Assembly (NCBI RefSeq): GCF_006345805.1
Contig: NW_021828597.1
Span: 1 to 8,101 of the forward strand
DNA length: 8,101 nucleotides
Direction of reading: 5' to 3'
Source: Octopus sinensis
Lineage: Eukaryota
This document shows, one piece after another, positions 6,528-8,101 of the stretch. Every line of letters starts with the position of its first letter. The first letter of the stretch is position 1. The translations under genes were made by a program, and so were the position numbers. The notes below the pieces were generated by a model. It was given only the letters and a program-made list of their open reading frames with translations, was not told the origin of the DNA and did not search any database.

Positions 6528-6918
6528 ACAAATAAGAAAATGGAGGAACATATTCCTTTCAATCATCAACTTACAGATAATACCAATTCATATAATTTAT
6601 TAGCTAATTAAATAGGAACATCCAAATTCAACAGAATAAAGCAGAATAAAACAATATACATCAATAAGTAAGATAATACCATAAAATTATTACATATAAA
6701 AATATTACATATTAGCCTTTTGGGTACTTCACCGGCAGTATATTGGATAACTGGTATCCCATAGTGGGTTACACTCATAACCCCTATCTCACTTTGTACT
6801 TATATATATATATATTTATATATACTTAGCTCCAATTTTGCAGCAGGCTGTGGTGTATCTGGCGTTACTGACGTACCTCAGACTTCACTTCCTGTTTCGA
6901 AATCTCTAAAGATGAGAG

Positions 6919-6966
6919 CAGACACACACACACAGATACACACACGGACACACAGACACACAGACA

Positions 6967-7026
<60 letters not shown>
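6919..7026. repeat. Imperfect (CA)n microsatellite
   Basis: CA/CAGA runs. Confidence 0.95.
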
Positions 7027-7029
<3 letters not shown>

Positions 7030-7062
7030 CTTCCCGTCTGTATATTCTTTTTCTTCCTGAAG

Positions 7063-7137
7063 GCGTTGACCTGCAAATATTCAACGTAGCCATCGTCTGC
7101 ATCGATCTCAGAAGCATGGGAGGATGAAAACCTTACG
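7063..7137 (+). other. Candidate 75-nt cassette exon (non-coding or stop-containing)
   Basis: Polypyrimidine tract TTCTTTTTCTTCCT followed by GAAG acceptor (AG 7061-7062); donor ACG|GTCAGT (GT 7138-7139); length is a multiple of 3; all three frames contain stops. Confidence 0.3.
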
Positions 7138-7166
7138 GTCAGTGCTCTTATCCCTCCCACCACCAC

Positions 7167-7222
7167 GACACACACACACATACACACACACACACACACA
7201 CCACACACACACACACACACAC
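7167..7222. repeat. (CA)n microsatellite
   Basis: Near-perfect CA run. Confidence 0.95.
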
Positions 7223-7239
7223 ATTACGTGTAAATAAAA

Positions 7240-8062
7240 GCATATCGTAGATTATTCAAGAATTGAATAACTCTCCGCAAATTTCCTGAAGAAGAAGGCC
7301 TCGGTATAATTTCGTGTCGCATAATTTTGAAAGGAAAATTGAAGATGCATCGAATGGCTGAAAAATTTGTGAACACCATGGGAACCGAATGACAGTCGAT
7401 CAGAAGTTATATTTTTGAAATGATGAGGAAGTTTTCCTGAAAATTATTATGAAAGTTGTTGAAACGTTGGTGTCTTGTTACCACTTAAAGTAAGTTTGTG
7501 ACCCTTCTTCAAAAAGCAAGCCACATTAGGCGCAAATCTGACGGTGATATTGGCCTGCTTTTTATCAAAAGGTCATCGTTCAACAGGATTCTTTTCAACT
7601 GGTCAGAAATCAATGATCAGTTTTATGTGACTGTCTTGGAGCGTTTGAAGGAAGGAGCGCAAAGGAAGAGGTCCGAGGAATAGATTACGAAAACCTGAAT
7701 ACTACAGAACGACATCGCCCCATTCTCTATTCGTGACGTTTTGGCAAAGCACGAGACACGAGACAACTCCTGGCTCCCCAATCGCCCTACTTCGCCCCTG
7801 CGAAAGTATTTTTTGATCTCTACTGAGTTGGAATACACCCTGAAACGAAGCTGATTCCAGGTAATAGAAAAGACCGTAGAAAATTCAGAACGAGAACTGC
7901 GCCCTAACTCTGAAAACATACTTCACGAAGGATGCCAAAAGTAGACTAAAAATGTTGGTAGCTGAGTATCATCAAAAGAGGGAATTAATACGAAGAACAG
8001 AGGTCAGGTTAAACTGTAGGTAATGGAACAAATTTCTTTTTCTTTTTTGATATACCCCATGT
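7240..8062 (+). mobile_element. Highly decayed mariner (Tc1/mariner, D,D34D-type) transposon: transposase pseudogene plus probable right TIR
   Basis: Collinear remnants: ITLRKFPEEEGLGIISCRIIL..MHRMAEKFV (HTH and the WVP/FVP linker); FLKIIMKVVETLVSCY (canonical FL.RIITGDETWVY.Y); NDQFYVTVLERLKE..RKR; LQNDIAP (7702-7722, canonical LHHDNAP); PQSPYFAPA (7776-7802, canonical PYSPDLAP); ELEYTLKRS*F (canonical LK..LKG.RF). CTTTTTTGATATACCCCATGT (8042-8062) resembles a mariner right TIR. Confidence 0.88.
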
Positions 8063-8101
8063 GTGTGTATGTGCTTACATACGAACACAAGCAGACACAT
8101 A

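Noticed and set aside
6720-6784. Short hairpins including GGGTTA-N6-TAACCC (telomere-like hexamers)
   Set aside because: Single 6-bp stem and an imperfect neighbouring stem; expected by chance; not a telomeric array.
6868-6900. TGACGT half-site and CACTTCCTGT ETS-like site
   Set aside because: Two isolated short motifs with no supporting cluster.
7071-7131. Possible minus-strand exon ([20 protein letters not shown])
   Set aside because: No polypyrimidine tract before the AG, weak donor (GTCAAC), and no recognisable protein similarity.
2290-7220. Many His-Thr and Cys-Val repeat ORFs
   Set aside because: All derive from (CA)n/(TG)n microsatellites; no domain-like content.

Overview
Eukaryotic, repeat-saturated non-coding DNA with no intact protein-coding gene. 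The mix of tRNA-headed SINEs, very long (CA)n/(ATT)n tracts and RLE-type LINE remnants resembles intronic or intergenic DNA of an octopus/coleoid cephalopod (inference from recalled repeat families, not from a search). It contains two head-to-tail decayed RLE-endonuclease (R4/Dong-like) LINE 3' fragments (759-1697, 1698-2203), a possible third on the minus strand, three near-complete tRNA-derived SINEs (two with 12-bp target-site duplications), several SINE remnants, a decayed mariner transposon (about 7240-8062) and many microsatellites. Most notable: (1) a minimal type I hammerhead ribozyme fold (475-520, minus strand) inside a SINE-like element with a tRNA-like head; (2) a 100/96-bp near-perfect inverted repeat with a template-switch-like junction (5841-6071); (3) an irregularly spaced array of a 16-bp GATA+Myb-like motif (5502-5742); (4) an inverted SINE pair able to form dsRNA; (5) an ETS/YY1/GC-box promoter-like island; (6) a candidate 75-nt cassette exon whose frame 0 is interrupted by a single TAG. 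Most listed ORFs are microsatellite or antisense artefacts.
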